64,000 nt of DNA, from contig JAHCBB010000005.1 of NCBI GenBank assembly GCA_019634635.1, positions 173,474-237,473 on the forward strand, written 5' to 3'. The notes under the pieces were generated by a model, which saw nothing but the letters and a program-made list of their open reading frames with translations, made no database searches and was not told the origin of the DNA. Positions 37,647-46,783 of the stretch are shown here, one piece after another. Positions within the stretch are counted from its first letter, which is position 1; every line of letters starts with the position of its first letter. This DNA is from Verrucomicrobiia bacterium (lineage in GTDB: Bacteria; Verrucomicrobiota; Verrucomicrobiia; Limisphaerales; UBA9464). Made by a program: the position numbers and the translations under genes.

Positions 37647-40292
37647 TCAGGGGGCTTCGGTGTCGGAGGTCAGCACCAGATCGCTCAGGACGATGGCGCG
37701 CAACAGCTCCGGGTACGTGCCGCCCGCCGCCGCGGCACGCCGGTGGATCTGCGTCACGACCGGGGCATCAGCGGCGGTGAGCGGCCGGCCGATGGCAAAC
37801 TGGATGACCTTGCGCGCCAGGTTTTCGCGGACGCGGTCGTGCGCAGCCAGAAGATCCATGAGCGCGTCGGCAGACGGGTAGGCGACGGGGCGGGCCTCGC
37901 CGGGAAAAAGCACTTCGCCGTCTTCGCGCAGCGGATTTCCGTGCTCGTCTCGCTGGTGGTGCACTCCGAGACCGTCGTATTTTTCGAGGGCGAAGGCGAG
38001 TGTTTCGAAGCGCCGATGGCAGGCGCCACAGGCGGGGTTCTGCACGCGTTGTTCGGCCGCGCCGCGCTTGGAAAGGCCGGGCCGCGCCGGCACCGGGCGG
38101 GTGTCCAGTCCGGGGGGAGGATTGTTCACGGCGCCGCGCAGGATGTCGTTCAGCACAAAAAGACCCCGGGTCACCATGGACGCTTCGTCGCCCCCCACGG
38201 TGAGCACGCTGCCCTGGGTCAGCAACCCGCCGCGTCCGGGGATTGCCGAGAGATCGTACCGGGCAAGGGCCACGCTGTCGCTTTCCGGCAGGCCGTAGAA
38301 CTTCGCCAGACGCGGCGTGGCGTAGGTCACCTGGGCATTCAACAGGTCCGCCAGGGGGCGCCGCTGTTGCCACACGACCTCCTCGAAGAATGCGAGGGTC
38401 TCGGCACGCATGTCGGCGGCCAGTTCGGGATCCCACTGTGGAAACTTCGCGGGATTGGGCCGCAGGTTGGCCAGCCGGTCGAGGTCCAGCCATTCGGTGA
38501 CGAACTGCAGTGAGCGCTTCCGGACACGCGGGTCGCCGAGCATCCGCCCGACCTGGGCCTCGACCTGGCGCCGGTCGTACAAGGCGCCGGTCCCGGCCGC
38601 GTGCATCAACTCGCGATCCGGCGGTGCTCCCCAGAGGGTGTAGCTGAGCCGCGACGCCAGTTCGAAATCCCCCACCGGCCAGGCCGTGCCATCACCGCGC
38701 TGGTTCTCCATACGATAAAGGAAGCGTGGCGACTGCAGCATCGTCTCGATCACCAGCGCCATGGCTGTGTCGAAATCGCCGTCCTGCGCCGTGACGGCGG
38801 TCGCGACGCCCAGGAAGGCACTGATCTCATGGTCCTCCAGCGGACCGCGCAGGAGCCAGTGGCCCACCCGGGCAACCGCCTGACGCAGCGCGTCGGGGGA
38901 GGTGTCCGGGTCCGGCGCAAACTCCTTGAGAAACGCCGGCACGTCCAGGCGGTCCACCACGAGCCCGGCCATCTGGGAATAAGCCTCCACGTGGCTGAGA
39001 TCCACGCCCAGGTTGTAGGCGGTGTTGTTGAAGCCGTCGGCGCGCAGATCCCGGGGCAGGATCTCAATGGCCTCCCGCCCGATCTCGACACCGACGGCGG
39101 CGCGGACGGTTTCGATGTATTCCGGCACCGTCAGCCGGCGCAGCGATGCCTGGCGGGTCTGACGGCTCAGCCGGTGCGCGGCGGGATCAATCATCTCCAC
39201 CGGCCACGCTGCGCCCCCTTCGATCCACTCGCGGAGCAGCGCCTTCTCCCGTGCCGGCAGCGGCGGGCGGTCCTCCGGCATCTCGTCCGACTCGACGAGG
39301 GTCCACAGCGCGCTCTTCGCCGCGTCTCCCGGTGCAATCACCGGCCCGCTGCTCCCCCCGGCGAAGGCGGCATGCCGTCGCGAGAGGTCCAGCCTTCCCT
39401 TGTGAATTGCCGCGTCGTGACACTCGAGACAGTACCGCGAAAGCAGCGGCGCGATCTCCGCCTCAAAGAGTCGTGCATTGGACGGCTCCAGCACGGCCGC
39501 GAGCTCGGAGGACTGAAGGGCGACTTTCGGGTCGGGACCCATCCGAAAATGCGCCTCGACCTCGTGGGGCAGCAGGTCGCGGTTGTAGAGGGCCACCAGG
39601 TGATATGTGCCGCGCCAGGGCCGGTCGCCGGACAGTTCGTTCGCGAGTGCCAGCGGATAGGACCCGTCCCAGTTGACCGTGGTGCCCTCGAGGGTTCGCT
39701 CAACGCTCAACTGGCCGTCCAGATACAGGCGCGTGCGTCCGTTTCGATCCCGGGTGAACACCACATGGGTGCGGTTGGTGGTCAGGCTGTGGTCAGGAGA
39801 ACTCGTTGAGGGAATTCCATTGTCGGTCGTCTGCGTCGTCCGCATCCGAACGTCGAACCGGGTGCCGTCCTGACCGAGCGTGAAATTCCGCACGCTGCCG
39901 CCCGATGAAATCGTGACGATCCGCGCGGGGCCATCCTGGTGGGTCGCCGCCGGCCGCACCCAGGCCTCCACGGTGAATTTGCCCGACACCCGCACGGCGT
40001 CCGAGAGGCGTGTGGCGGAACGTTCCGAACGGATCAACGTCCTGCCGGTCACCTCCAGTCCTCCTTCCGACCAGCGGACGGCATTGGTGTCGCTGATGCG
40101 CAGGTTCACCGGGGTGCCCGCACCGGAGACGTCCTTGACGAGAGCGCCCCCGGGCTCGTCGAACCGGTAGAGCGCCAGCAGACCGCTGCGGGAACGTCCG
40201 TCAGCATTGAGCGAAGGAACGAACTGGGCCGCGAGGGCCACGAGAGCCAGTGCGGTCAGCGGCCGGAGGGATGGGGGCGGTCGCCGCATCAT
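37647..40292 (-). CDS. PSCyt/PSD protein: N-terminal LamG-like domain, then planctomycete cytochrome c (CxxCH), DUF1549 and DUF1553.
   Basis: CLECHDAAIHKGRLDLS (heme-binding CxxCH) and a second CGACHRRFE. Domain order and length (881 aa) are typical of the PVC-specific family. Signal peptide MMRRPPPSLRPLTALALVALAAQ. Confidence 0.8.
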   Translation of the reverse strand: MMRRPPPSLRPLTALALVALAAQFVPSLNADGRSRSGLLALYRFDEPGGALVKDVSGAGTPVNLRISDTNAVRWSEGGLEVTGRTLIRSERSATRLSDAVRVSGKFTVEAWVRPAATHQDGPARIVTISSGGSVRNFTLGQDGTRFDVRMRTTQTTDNGIPSTSSPDHSLTTNRTHVVFTRDRNGRTRLYLDGQLSVERTLEGTTVNWDGSYPLALANELSGDRPWRGTYHLVALYNRDLLPHEVEAHFRMGPDPKVALQSSELAAVLEPSNARLFEAEIAPLLSRYCLECHDAAIHKGRLDLSRRHAAFAGGSSGPVIAPGDAAKSALWTLVESDEMPEDRPPLPAREKALLREWIEGGAAWPVEMIDPAAHRLSRQTRQASLRRLTVPEYIETVRAAVGVEIGREAIEILPRDLRADGFNNTAYNLGVDLSHVEAYSQMAGLVVDRLDVPAFLKEFAPDPDTSPDALRQAVARVGHWLLRGPLEDHEISAFLGVATAVTAQDGDFDTAMALVIETMLQSPRFLYRMENQRGDGTAWPVGDFELASRLSYTLWGAPPDRELMHAAGTGALYDRRQVEAQVGRMLGDPRVRKRSLQFVTEWLDLDRLANLRPNPAKFPQWDPELAADMRAETLAFFEEVVWQQRRPLADLLNAQVTYATPRLAKFYGLPESDSVALARYDLSAIPGRGGLLTQGSVLTVGGDEASMVTRGLFVLNDILRGAVNNPPPGLDTRPVPARPGLSKRGAAEQRVQNPACGACHRRFETLAFALEKYDGLGVHHQRDEHGNPLREDGEVLFPGEARPVAYPSADALMDLLAAHDRVRENLARKVIQFAIGRPLTAADAPVVTQIHRRAAAAGGTYPELLRAIVLSDLVLTSDTEAP

Positions 40293-40474
40293 TCTCCAAG
40301 GGACTCAGGCAGGATGGGCAGGGTGGTCCACGGGAAGTCCGACGCAACGACTCCGCGCCCTGTTCACCAACTTCACCCGCCTGCCAATTGTGGACCGCAC
40401 CGCTGCGCGAGGCGATCCATGCCCCGGGTGCCTCACCGGATCCGGCCGGCCGGCGCGTCACCGGCAGAACCGAA

Positions 40475-43400
40475 TCAATCGAGGACCGGCAGCAGACGGT
40501 AGTAGCGCCCATTCAGCGTCCCGGAATCCACATCCACATAGGCCTGCGGGGATTCGGCCAGCGTGAACTGCAGCAGCCGGGTCCACGACTTCAGGTCGTC
40601 CGCAGCCTCCAGGAGGTACCGCCGGCCCGTGTCACCGAACATGTCAATGCGGATCAAGCCGCTGACCCGGCTGGCCGTCAGGGTCGGCCCGTCGCCGGCG
40701 ACGGTGAGGGTGAATGCCGTGGTGGCATCCAGCGGTGGGACCCCGTCGTCCACCACCCGCACTGTGACCGGATGCACCCCCGCCTGATCCTGCCCGGGAG
40801 TCCAGAGCAGCCGTCCGGTGGAGGCATCAATGACCATGCCGGCGGGTGCTTCCTCCAGGCTGTACGTCAGGACGTTCGAGGGAAGGTCCGGATCCGATGC
40901 CAGTGCCTGAAGGGAAAACGCGAATCCGAAGGGAATGCTGGCGTCGGCGATCCCGCCGAGGGCCGGAGGCAGATTCACCTCACGAACCCTCACCGTGAAG
41001 GTCCGGGTGTCGGTCAGCCGGGGTGCCGATATCGCGTCGGGATTGCTGTCGGTGACGACGACCGTGATCGGGACGTTGGTGGGCCCCTGCGCTTCCGTCG
41101 GCGTCCACCGGATCGCGCCGGTCTCGGGATGGATGGTCATCCCGGCGGGCGGGTCCACGAGGCTGAAGGTCAGCGGATTGGGAGGCAGGTCGGCATCCGT
41201 GGCCGTCGCGGTGACGCTCAAGAGGGTCTCTTCGTCAATCGTCGCGTCGTCCGGCACCACCAGCACCGGGGCCTGGTTGACCTCGCGCACGGTGACGGTG
41301 AAGGACCGGACATCGCTGAGCTGGCTTTCGTTGACCGCCTCGGGACTGCTGTCGGTGACCCGCACCGTCACCGTTGCGTTGGTCGGCCCCTGGGCTTCGG
41401 TGGGCGTCCAGGTGATGACGCCGGTCTCCGGGTGGATGGTCATCCCGTCGGGCGGATCCACGAGATTGAAGGTCAGCGCGTTGGGCGGCAGGTCGGCGTC
41501 CGTGGCGGTCGCCGTGACGCTCAGCAGGGTCCCCTCGTCAATCGCCTGCGGCTCCGGCACCACCAGGACCGGGGCCTGGTTGACCTCGCGCACGGTGACG
41601 ATGAAGGACCGGACATCGCTGAGCCGGCTTTCGTTGACCGCGTCGGGGCTGCTGTCGGTGACCCGCACCGTCACCGTTGCATTGGTCGGCCCCTGGACTT
41701 CGGTGGGTGTCCAGGTGATGACGCCGGTCTCCGGGTGGATCGTCATCCCGTCGGGCGGATCCACGAGACTGAACGTCAGCGCGTTGGGCGGCAGGTCGGC
41801 GTCCGTGGCGGTCGCCGAGAGAACGAGGGACGTCCGCTCATCAATGGTCTGATTGGCCGGAACGGTGAGGACGGGGGCGGTGTTCACCTCGCGCACCGTC
41901 ACCGTGAAGGAAGCGGTGTCGCTGAGCTGCGTCTCGTTGACGGCATCGGGGTTATTGTCCGTGACGCGCACGCTGATCTGGTAGGTCTGCGGCCCCTGGG
42001 CCTCCGTGGGCGTCCAGGAAATCGCGCCGGAGGCCGGATGGATGGTCATTCCTGCCGGTGGGTCGTTGACGAGGCTGAAGGTGAGCGCGTTGGGTGGCAG
42101 GTCGGCGTCTGTGGCGGTTGCAGATACGTTGAGGGTTTCCAGTTCTGCAAGGGTCTGCGCGGCGGGGACAACCAGCCGGGGCGCCACGTTGACTTCCTGG
42201 ACCACCACCGTGAACCGCTGCCGGTCCACAGGAGTGAGCCAGTTGTCGGGCTGGGTCACCCACACCGTGATGTCCTCGAACCGCCCCGGCCCCTGCGTTT
42301 CGGACGGTGTCCAGGTCAACTCGGGAATCTCCGGCCCGACCGCGGCGCCGTCAGGTCCGTTTTCCCCGAAGCGGAACTGCAGGTTGTTGCCCCGCGCCAC
42401 CAGGGGAATGGTGAACGGCGCTCCCTCGGGAATCACCGCGTCGGCGATGGGATCAAGCGTGTCACTGAGGATCTCAAAATCGTCAACGTACCAGCCCGCG
42501 CGCGTGGTGCTGGTGGTGCTGACAAACCGGAAGGCCAGCCGGACCCGTTGCCCGGCATGCGCACCCAGCGGCAGGAGGACCCGGTTCCAGTTGGTGTCGG
42601 TGCCGCTGTACACCGGGGAGAGATCCGTCCAGTTGCTGCCGTCCGTGCTGATCTGCACCCGCCCGTTGTGCGTGGCGAACGGGGTGTTTATCCAGTGGCG
42701 GAAGCTCAACTGTGGATTCGCCGTGATCACCGGGACCACGAACTCCGGGGTCACCAGCCGCGCCTCCGCATTGTTGAAATAATCGCCGGCCAGCACCGTC
42801 CCGGCGACGCTGGCCCCCGCAAAGGGCTGTGGACCGCCGGGGGCGGTGGGTACCCCAATCTGCCAGAGGCCGCCCTGGGAGGACCAGTCGCCAAAGCCGT
42901 TCTCAAACCCGTCGGGATTGGACAGCACCATCGGTCCGGTCTCCAGTGCCGCGTCGTCCACGTACCAGCCCGGACGCACCGTGCTGGTGGTCGAGACGAA
43001 CCGGAAACCGATCTGCACGGGCTGTCCGGTGAAGGGGCGAAGGTCAATGATCCGCTGGCTCCAGCCCAGACTTTGAGACTGGACCCGTTCGGCCGGCACG
43101 TCCTGCCACGCGCCGCCGCGGGTCCGGATCTGCACCTGGCCGAAGTGCGTGTTGAAGGCGGTGTCGTGCCACTGCCAGAAGCGGAATCGTGGATGCTCGC
43201 CGGCCGGCGGCACGGTGAACTCCGGGCTCACGAGGCGCGCATCCACACTGTTGGGATAATTTCCCGCCAGAATGGTTCCGGCAACCTGCGTCCCGGAGCG
43301 TGGGGCGGGGCCACCCGTGGCCGTGGGCTCGCCCACCTGCCACACGCCGCCCTCCGCCGACCACTCGCCAAATCCGCCCTCGAAGCCGGGGACCTCGTCC

Positions 43401-44503
43401 AACGCCCATGGTCCCGTCTCCAGGGACATATCGTCCACGTACCATCCCAGGCTCACCGTGCTGGTGGTGGTGACCAGCCGGAATCCCAGCTGCACGGGCT
43501 GGCCGGCAAACGGGCGCAAATCCACGATGCGCTGCGCCCAGCGGCCCCCGGTGGTGAAGACCCGCTCGCCGACCACGTCCTGCCAGGCGCCGCCGCTGGT
43601 GCGGATCTGCAACTGCCCGTAGTGGCTCGTGAACGCGGTCTGATACCAGTACCAGTACTTGAAGCGCGGATGGTCCCCGGCGGGCGGCACGATGAATTCC
43701 GGGCTCGTCAGGCGGGCGTCGGCGCTGTTGGGATAATTCCCGGAGAGGACGGTGCCGACCACCCGCGATCCGGAATGCGCAGCGGGCCCTGCCGATGCCG
43801 TGGGTTCCCCCAGTTGCCAGACGCCATTCTCGACCGACCAGTCGCCGAGGCCGTTTTCAAAATCCTCGGGCGAGTCGAACGCCATGGGGCCGGTCTCCAG
43901 CGACACGTCGTCCACGTACCAGCCCGCCGCGACCGTGCTGGTGGTTGAAACAAACCGGAATCCGATCTGGACGTTCAGCCCCGCGAACGCCCGCAAATCC
44001 ACGATGCGCTGGCTCCACGCACCGGTCCCGCTGCGGTCGCTGATCCGTTCGTCCAGATCCTGCCAGGCCCCGCCGGCCACCCGCAGCTGGAGCCGGCCGA
44101 AATGGGAGTTGAACGCCGTGTCGTACCAGTACCAGTACCGCAGCCGCGGTTGATCGGCCGCCGCGGGCACGGTGAACGTTGGGCTGACCAGGCGCGTATC
44201 GGCCCCGTTCGGGTAGTTCCCCGCGAGGCGGGTGGCGGCGACGTTCGCACCGCTGCGCGCCGCGCCCGGACCGGTGGTTGGGGCGCCCAGTTCCCAGACG
44301 CCAGCCGTGCCGTCCGTCGTCCACTCCGCGGCGCCGCCTTCAAAACCCTCCTGCCAGAGGACCGCGGCCGACAGCGTCGAAATGCCCGCCAGCATCAATC
44401 CCAGGGTGAGGACCCGGAGCCACGGGCCCGGACGACGAAAGTCCCTGGTGTCCCCGGAGGACCGGTGGCAGGAGCCGGTGGAGGATGAGAAATGAGGCAG
44501 CAT
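40475..44503 (-). CDS. Giant secreted surface/adhesin-like protein. It has five ~150-aa beta-sandwich modules, then six tandem ~95-aa Ig-like (putative cadherin-like) repeats, then a ~75-aa C-terminal domain.
   Basis: N-terminal modules repeat the pattern GVW.LG.PT..GP....G..V.GT.L.GNYPN...ARL.SPEF.VP......RF..W.W..TAF..H.G..QIR..GGAWQD........W.QRI.DLRPF.GQ.VQ.GFR.V.TTSTV..GWYVDD. Ig-like repeats: VNQAPVLVVP....IDE.T.LSVTATATDADLPPN.LTF.LVDPP.GMTIHPETG.I.WTPTE.QGP.....TV.VTD..P. The start was set at MLPHF (track ORF extends to 44623); the leader is unusually long, so the true start is uncertain. Confidence 0.65.
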   Translation of the reverse strand: MLPHFSSSTGSCHRSSGDTRDFRRPGPWLRVLTLGLMLAGISTLSAAVLWQEGFEGGAAEWTTDGTAGVWELGAPTTGPGAARSGANVAATRLAGNYPNGADTRLVSPTFTVPAAADQPRLRYWYWYDTAFNSHFGRLQLRVAGGAWQDLDERISDRSGTGAWSQRIVDLRAFAGLNVQIGFRFVSTTSTVAAGWYVDDVSLETGPMAFDSPEDFENGLGDWSVENGVWQLGEPTASAGPAAHSGSRVVGTVLSGNYPNSADARLTSPEFIVPPAGDHPRFKYWYWYQTAFTSHYGQLQIRTSGGAWQDVVGERVFTTGGRWAQRIVDLRPFAGQPVQLGFRLVTTTSTVSLGWYVDDMSLETGPWALDEVPGFEGGFGEWSAEGGVWQVGEPTATGGPAPRSGTQVAGTILAGNYPNSVDARLVSPEFTVPPAGEHPRFRFWQWHDTAFNTHFGQVQIRTRGGAWQDVPAERVQSQSLGWSQRIIDLRPFTGQPVQIGFRFVSTTSTVRPGWYVDDAALETGPMVLSNPDGFENGFGDWSSQGGLWQIGVPTAPGGPQPFAGASVAGTVLAGDYFNNAEARLVTPEFVVPVITANPQLSFRHWINTPFATHNGRVQISTDGSNWTDLSPVYSGTDTNWNRVLLPLGAHAGQRVRLAFRFVSTTSTTRAGWYVDDFEILSDTLDPIADAVIPEGAPFTIPLVARGNNLQFRFGENGPDGAAVGPEIPELTWTPSETQGPGRFEDITVWVTQPDNWLTPVDRQRFTVVVQEVNVAPRLVVPAAQTLAELETLNVSATATDADLPPNALTFSLVNDPPAGMTIHPASGAISWTPTEAQGPQTYQISVRVTDNNPDAVNETQLSDTASFTVTVREVNTAPVLTVPANQTIDERTSLVLSATATDADLPPNALTFSLVDPPDGMTIHPETGVITWTPTEVQGPTNATVTVRVTDSSPDAVNESRLSDVRSFIVTVREVNQAPVLVVPEPQAIDEGTLLSVTATATDADLPPNALTFNLVDPPDGMTIHPETGVITWTPTEAQGPTNATVTVRVTDSSPEAVNESQLSDVRSFTVTVREVNQAPVLVVPDDATIDEETLLSVTATATDADLPPNPLTFSLVDPPAGMTIHPETGAIRWTPTEAQGPTNVPITVVVTDSNPDAISAPRLTDTRTFTVRVREVNLPPALGGIADASIPFGFAFSLQALASDPDLPSNVLTYSLEEAPAGMVIDASTGRLLWTPGQDQAGVHPVTVRVVDDGVPPLDATTAFTLTVAGDGPTLTASRVSGLIRIDMFGDTGRRYLLEAADDLKSWTRLLQFTLAESPQAYVDVDSGTLNGRYYRLLPVLD
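40756..42376. repeat. Tandem ~285-288-bp in-frame repeats (about 6 copies) inside the adhesin gene, several copies nearly identical at nucleotide level.
   Basis: For example 41330-41617 versus 41618-41905 differ at only a few positions. The repeat also shows up as repeated peptide text in the overlapping shadow ORF 40935..41852. Confidence 0.6.
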
Positions 44504-44815
44504 GTGAACGAAGACTTTCACGGGTGGCAACCTGGCCTCGCCAATCGAGGTTGAATCGGCGGGAAGGTGTCTGCTGACACTGTCAGTTCCCCGCAGGGCC
44601 ACCAAGTCATTTCCCCGGTCCATCGGAGTTTCGTGCCCACGGATCCCGGATTACCGATCGCCAGAACCCGCGCCCACCGTCGTGCGAATTCCCGGTCGCC
44701 GAAGGATTCGATTTCAGGCGTCGGAAGCTCCGGAGGCACCGGCCGGAGGGCGTGCGATGGGCGCCAGGACGCCGCACCCGGGGGGATCCGGCCACCGTTC
44801 GGGCTTCAGAAGTTC

Positions 44816-45025
44816 TCATTTTGAGGGAGTGGCCTGAGGGGGGCGAGCGCGCATCGCCTTCTGGTGGGCCAGAAAGGAAGGCGACTGGGTGAAGAAGACG
44901 GCGAAGGCGCTCAGGCCGAAGTCCTCCATGGCGTAGGAGGTGTTGGCGCCCCGACGCCGGTCCGGCAGTTGGGCCAGTTCCTCGCGCAGGGAGTCGAGGC
45001 ACCGATTGAGGAACGTTCGGCTCAT
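44816..45025 (-). mobile_element. Truncated IS4-like transposase gene (first ~69 codons only).
   Basis: MSRTFLNRCLDSLREELAQLPDRRRGANTSYAMEDFGLSAFAVFFTQSPSFLAHQKAM..., then a stop. It resembles the N-terminus of IS4-superfamily transposases that pair with DUF4338 genes. Its ATG overlaps the stop of the upstream DUF4338 fragment (ATGA). The family assignment is from memory. Confidence 0.3.
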
Positions 45026-45688
45026 GAGCAAAGACGCTGGCGCCACTGCCGGCCCAGCGGACGCACGAAGACGTCCTTGGCGCGGGTCGAGGCTCGGGCG
45101 GGAGGACCGTTGCGCCCCCGGCCGGTGGTGCGGCCGACCGGCAGCCAGCCGGCGGCCTGGTAGCAGGTGCCGCCAAAGCGCCCGGGCTCGACGAAGGTCT
45201 CCACCAACTCGCTGCCGTGTCCGTGGCGTTGGTGCCAATCCCGGTTCAGACGGCCCAGAACCCGGGCCAGAACCTGGCTGGCCAGGTGGGGCACGCGCAC
45301 CCACGGGGGATGAGGACGCGGGTGTTGTTGATCAGTCGTGAGCGATGACGCTGGCACTGCGGCGTGGAGGCAGACGAATCCAGCCGCGCGCCTCCAACTT
45401 GGGGAGCAGGCTGCGGCAGGCCATGTCCTTCGGGCGGCCCGTCCCGGTGCGCCAATCCCAACACGGGCACCGCTCTCGCGAAACCCGGGTTCGATGCCAG
45501 TTGGGATGGGCGGCCAGCAGCGCGCCGATCTGGCCCAGTTCCCCGGGCGTCAGCCGCCGCCCCTGAATGACTTCCTCGACCCTCACCGGCCTTGGCTTTA
45601 CCGGGAGCAGGGGAGTGAGTCCCGCACACGATAAAAAAATCTTCGGGAAGCCCGGCACTCCACAGATCCTCCCCCTCCCTCCGGCCAA
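45022..45688 (-). pseudogene. DUF4338-family gene (transposon-associated), disrupted: the N-terminal part (45332..45688) and C-terminal part (45022..45357) are in different frames and the middle is shortened.
   Basis: N-terminal fragment ...VSRERCPCWDWRTGTGRPKDMACRSLLPKLEARGWIRLPPRR. C-terminal fragment ...SELVETFVEPGRFGGTCYQAAGWLPVGRTTGRGRNGPPARASTRAKDVFVRPLGRQWRQRL. Both fit the conserved termini of DUF4338 proteins as I recall them. Confidence 0.4.
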
Positions 45689-45900
45689 ACCCCGCCAACC
45701 CCACTAACGATCCTCCGTTATATCCATTTCCTCCCCTGCAAAATACTGAGATGCGCACGGACTGCCGATCCTGCCGCCATCCTGCTTGCGCGAGGGATCG
45801 GATTCGGGGAAACTCCGATTCCTAAGACAAGGTCCAGATTCCCGAGGCCGCCCGAAACCGGTATCTCGGGGGTCCTTGGAAAGGCACCGGGACCGCCAAA

Positions 45901-46779
45901 ATGAAGTCACCTTGCCGATTCCGACGCCGCATCGCCCTGACGGCGGCCGGTACACTGCTGGCACCCGCAGGAGCTCTTGCCAGCGGACTCACGTTGTATG
46001 AGATCGCCACGCCCGAAATGGACCTGGCGTCCGCCGGTTGGGCGGCGCGGCCGCAGGACGCCTCGACGCTCTTCAAGAACCCGGCCGGCATGAACCAGCT
46101 CGAGGGCCCGAACCTGCAGACGGGCCTCCAGCTGACCTATGGCGACATCGAGTTCTCGCCGAATGCCGACACCTCGGCGCGCCTCGGCACCGGCGGCGGC
46201 GGGAACGCCGTGGGGGCGCTGCCGGCAATGAGCTTCTTCTACGTCCAGTCGCTCGGGGAGAAATGGCGCGTGGGCCTGGCCACCCTCTCGTATTTCGGCC
46301 TCGCCGAGAAGTACGACCCGGACTGGGTCGGACGCTGCTACGTGCAGGAGAGCACCCTGATTGGCGTGAGCCTGGTCCCCACCGCCAGCTACCCGATCAA
46401 CGACTGGCTGTCGGCCGGAGCCGGGCTCAATGCGATGTACGGCTATCTGGAGACCGAAGTCGCCGTGAACAACCTCAGCCCGCGGCTCGCCGATGGCCAA
46501 CTGGCCGTCAACGACCGCACCTGGGGTTTCGGCGCCAACGCCGGGGTGCTGATCCGGGCGGGGGAAAACATCCGCGTGGGCGTGAACTACCTGTCACCCG
46601 TCAAACTGGATATCGAAGCCACCCCGGCATTGTGCCTCGGCGCCGCCTGCACCCTCCTGTGGGCGGGCGACATGACCGTGGACCAGGGGTCGGAGGCCAG
46701 CCTGCGGGGCCGGGTGGCTGGGGCGTACGAAGATGCCAGCTTCACCTTCGCAACCCTCAGTCAGAACTGGAAACTTTGA
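45901..46779 (+). CDS. Outer-membrane transport protein of the OMPP1/FadL/TodX family; possibly C-terminally truncated (292 aa, family norm ~400+).
   Basis: Signal peptide RRRIALTAAGTLLAPAGALA. Hatch region with NPAGM (FadL NPA motif). The strand motif DRTWGFGANAGVLIRAGENIRVGVNYLSPVKLDIEA aligns with FadL [36 protein letters not shown]. Only ~60 aa follow where FadL has ~170. Confidence 0.55.
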   Translation: MKSPCRFRRRIALTAAGTLLAPAGALASGLTLYEIATPEMDLASAGWAARPQDASTLFKNPAGMNQLEGPNLQTGLQLTYGDIEFSPNADTSARLGTGGGGNAVGALPAMSFFYVQSLGEKWRVGLATLSYFGLAEKYDPDWVGRCYVQESTLIGVSLVPTASYPINDWLSAGAGLNAMYGYLETEVAVNNLSPRLADGQLAVNDRTWGFGANAGVLIRAGENIRVGVNYLSPVKLDIEATPALCLGAACTLLWAGDMTVDQGSEASLRGRVAGAYEDASFTFATLSQNWKL

Positions 46780-46783
46780 ACCC

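Noticed and set aside
44607-45176. 189-aa minus-strand ORF overlapping the transposase/DUF4338 fragments.
   Set aside because: A third frame across the same debris region, with no family resemblance. The two frames that do carry recognisable DUF4338/transposase peptides were used instead.
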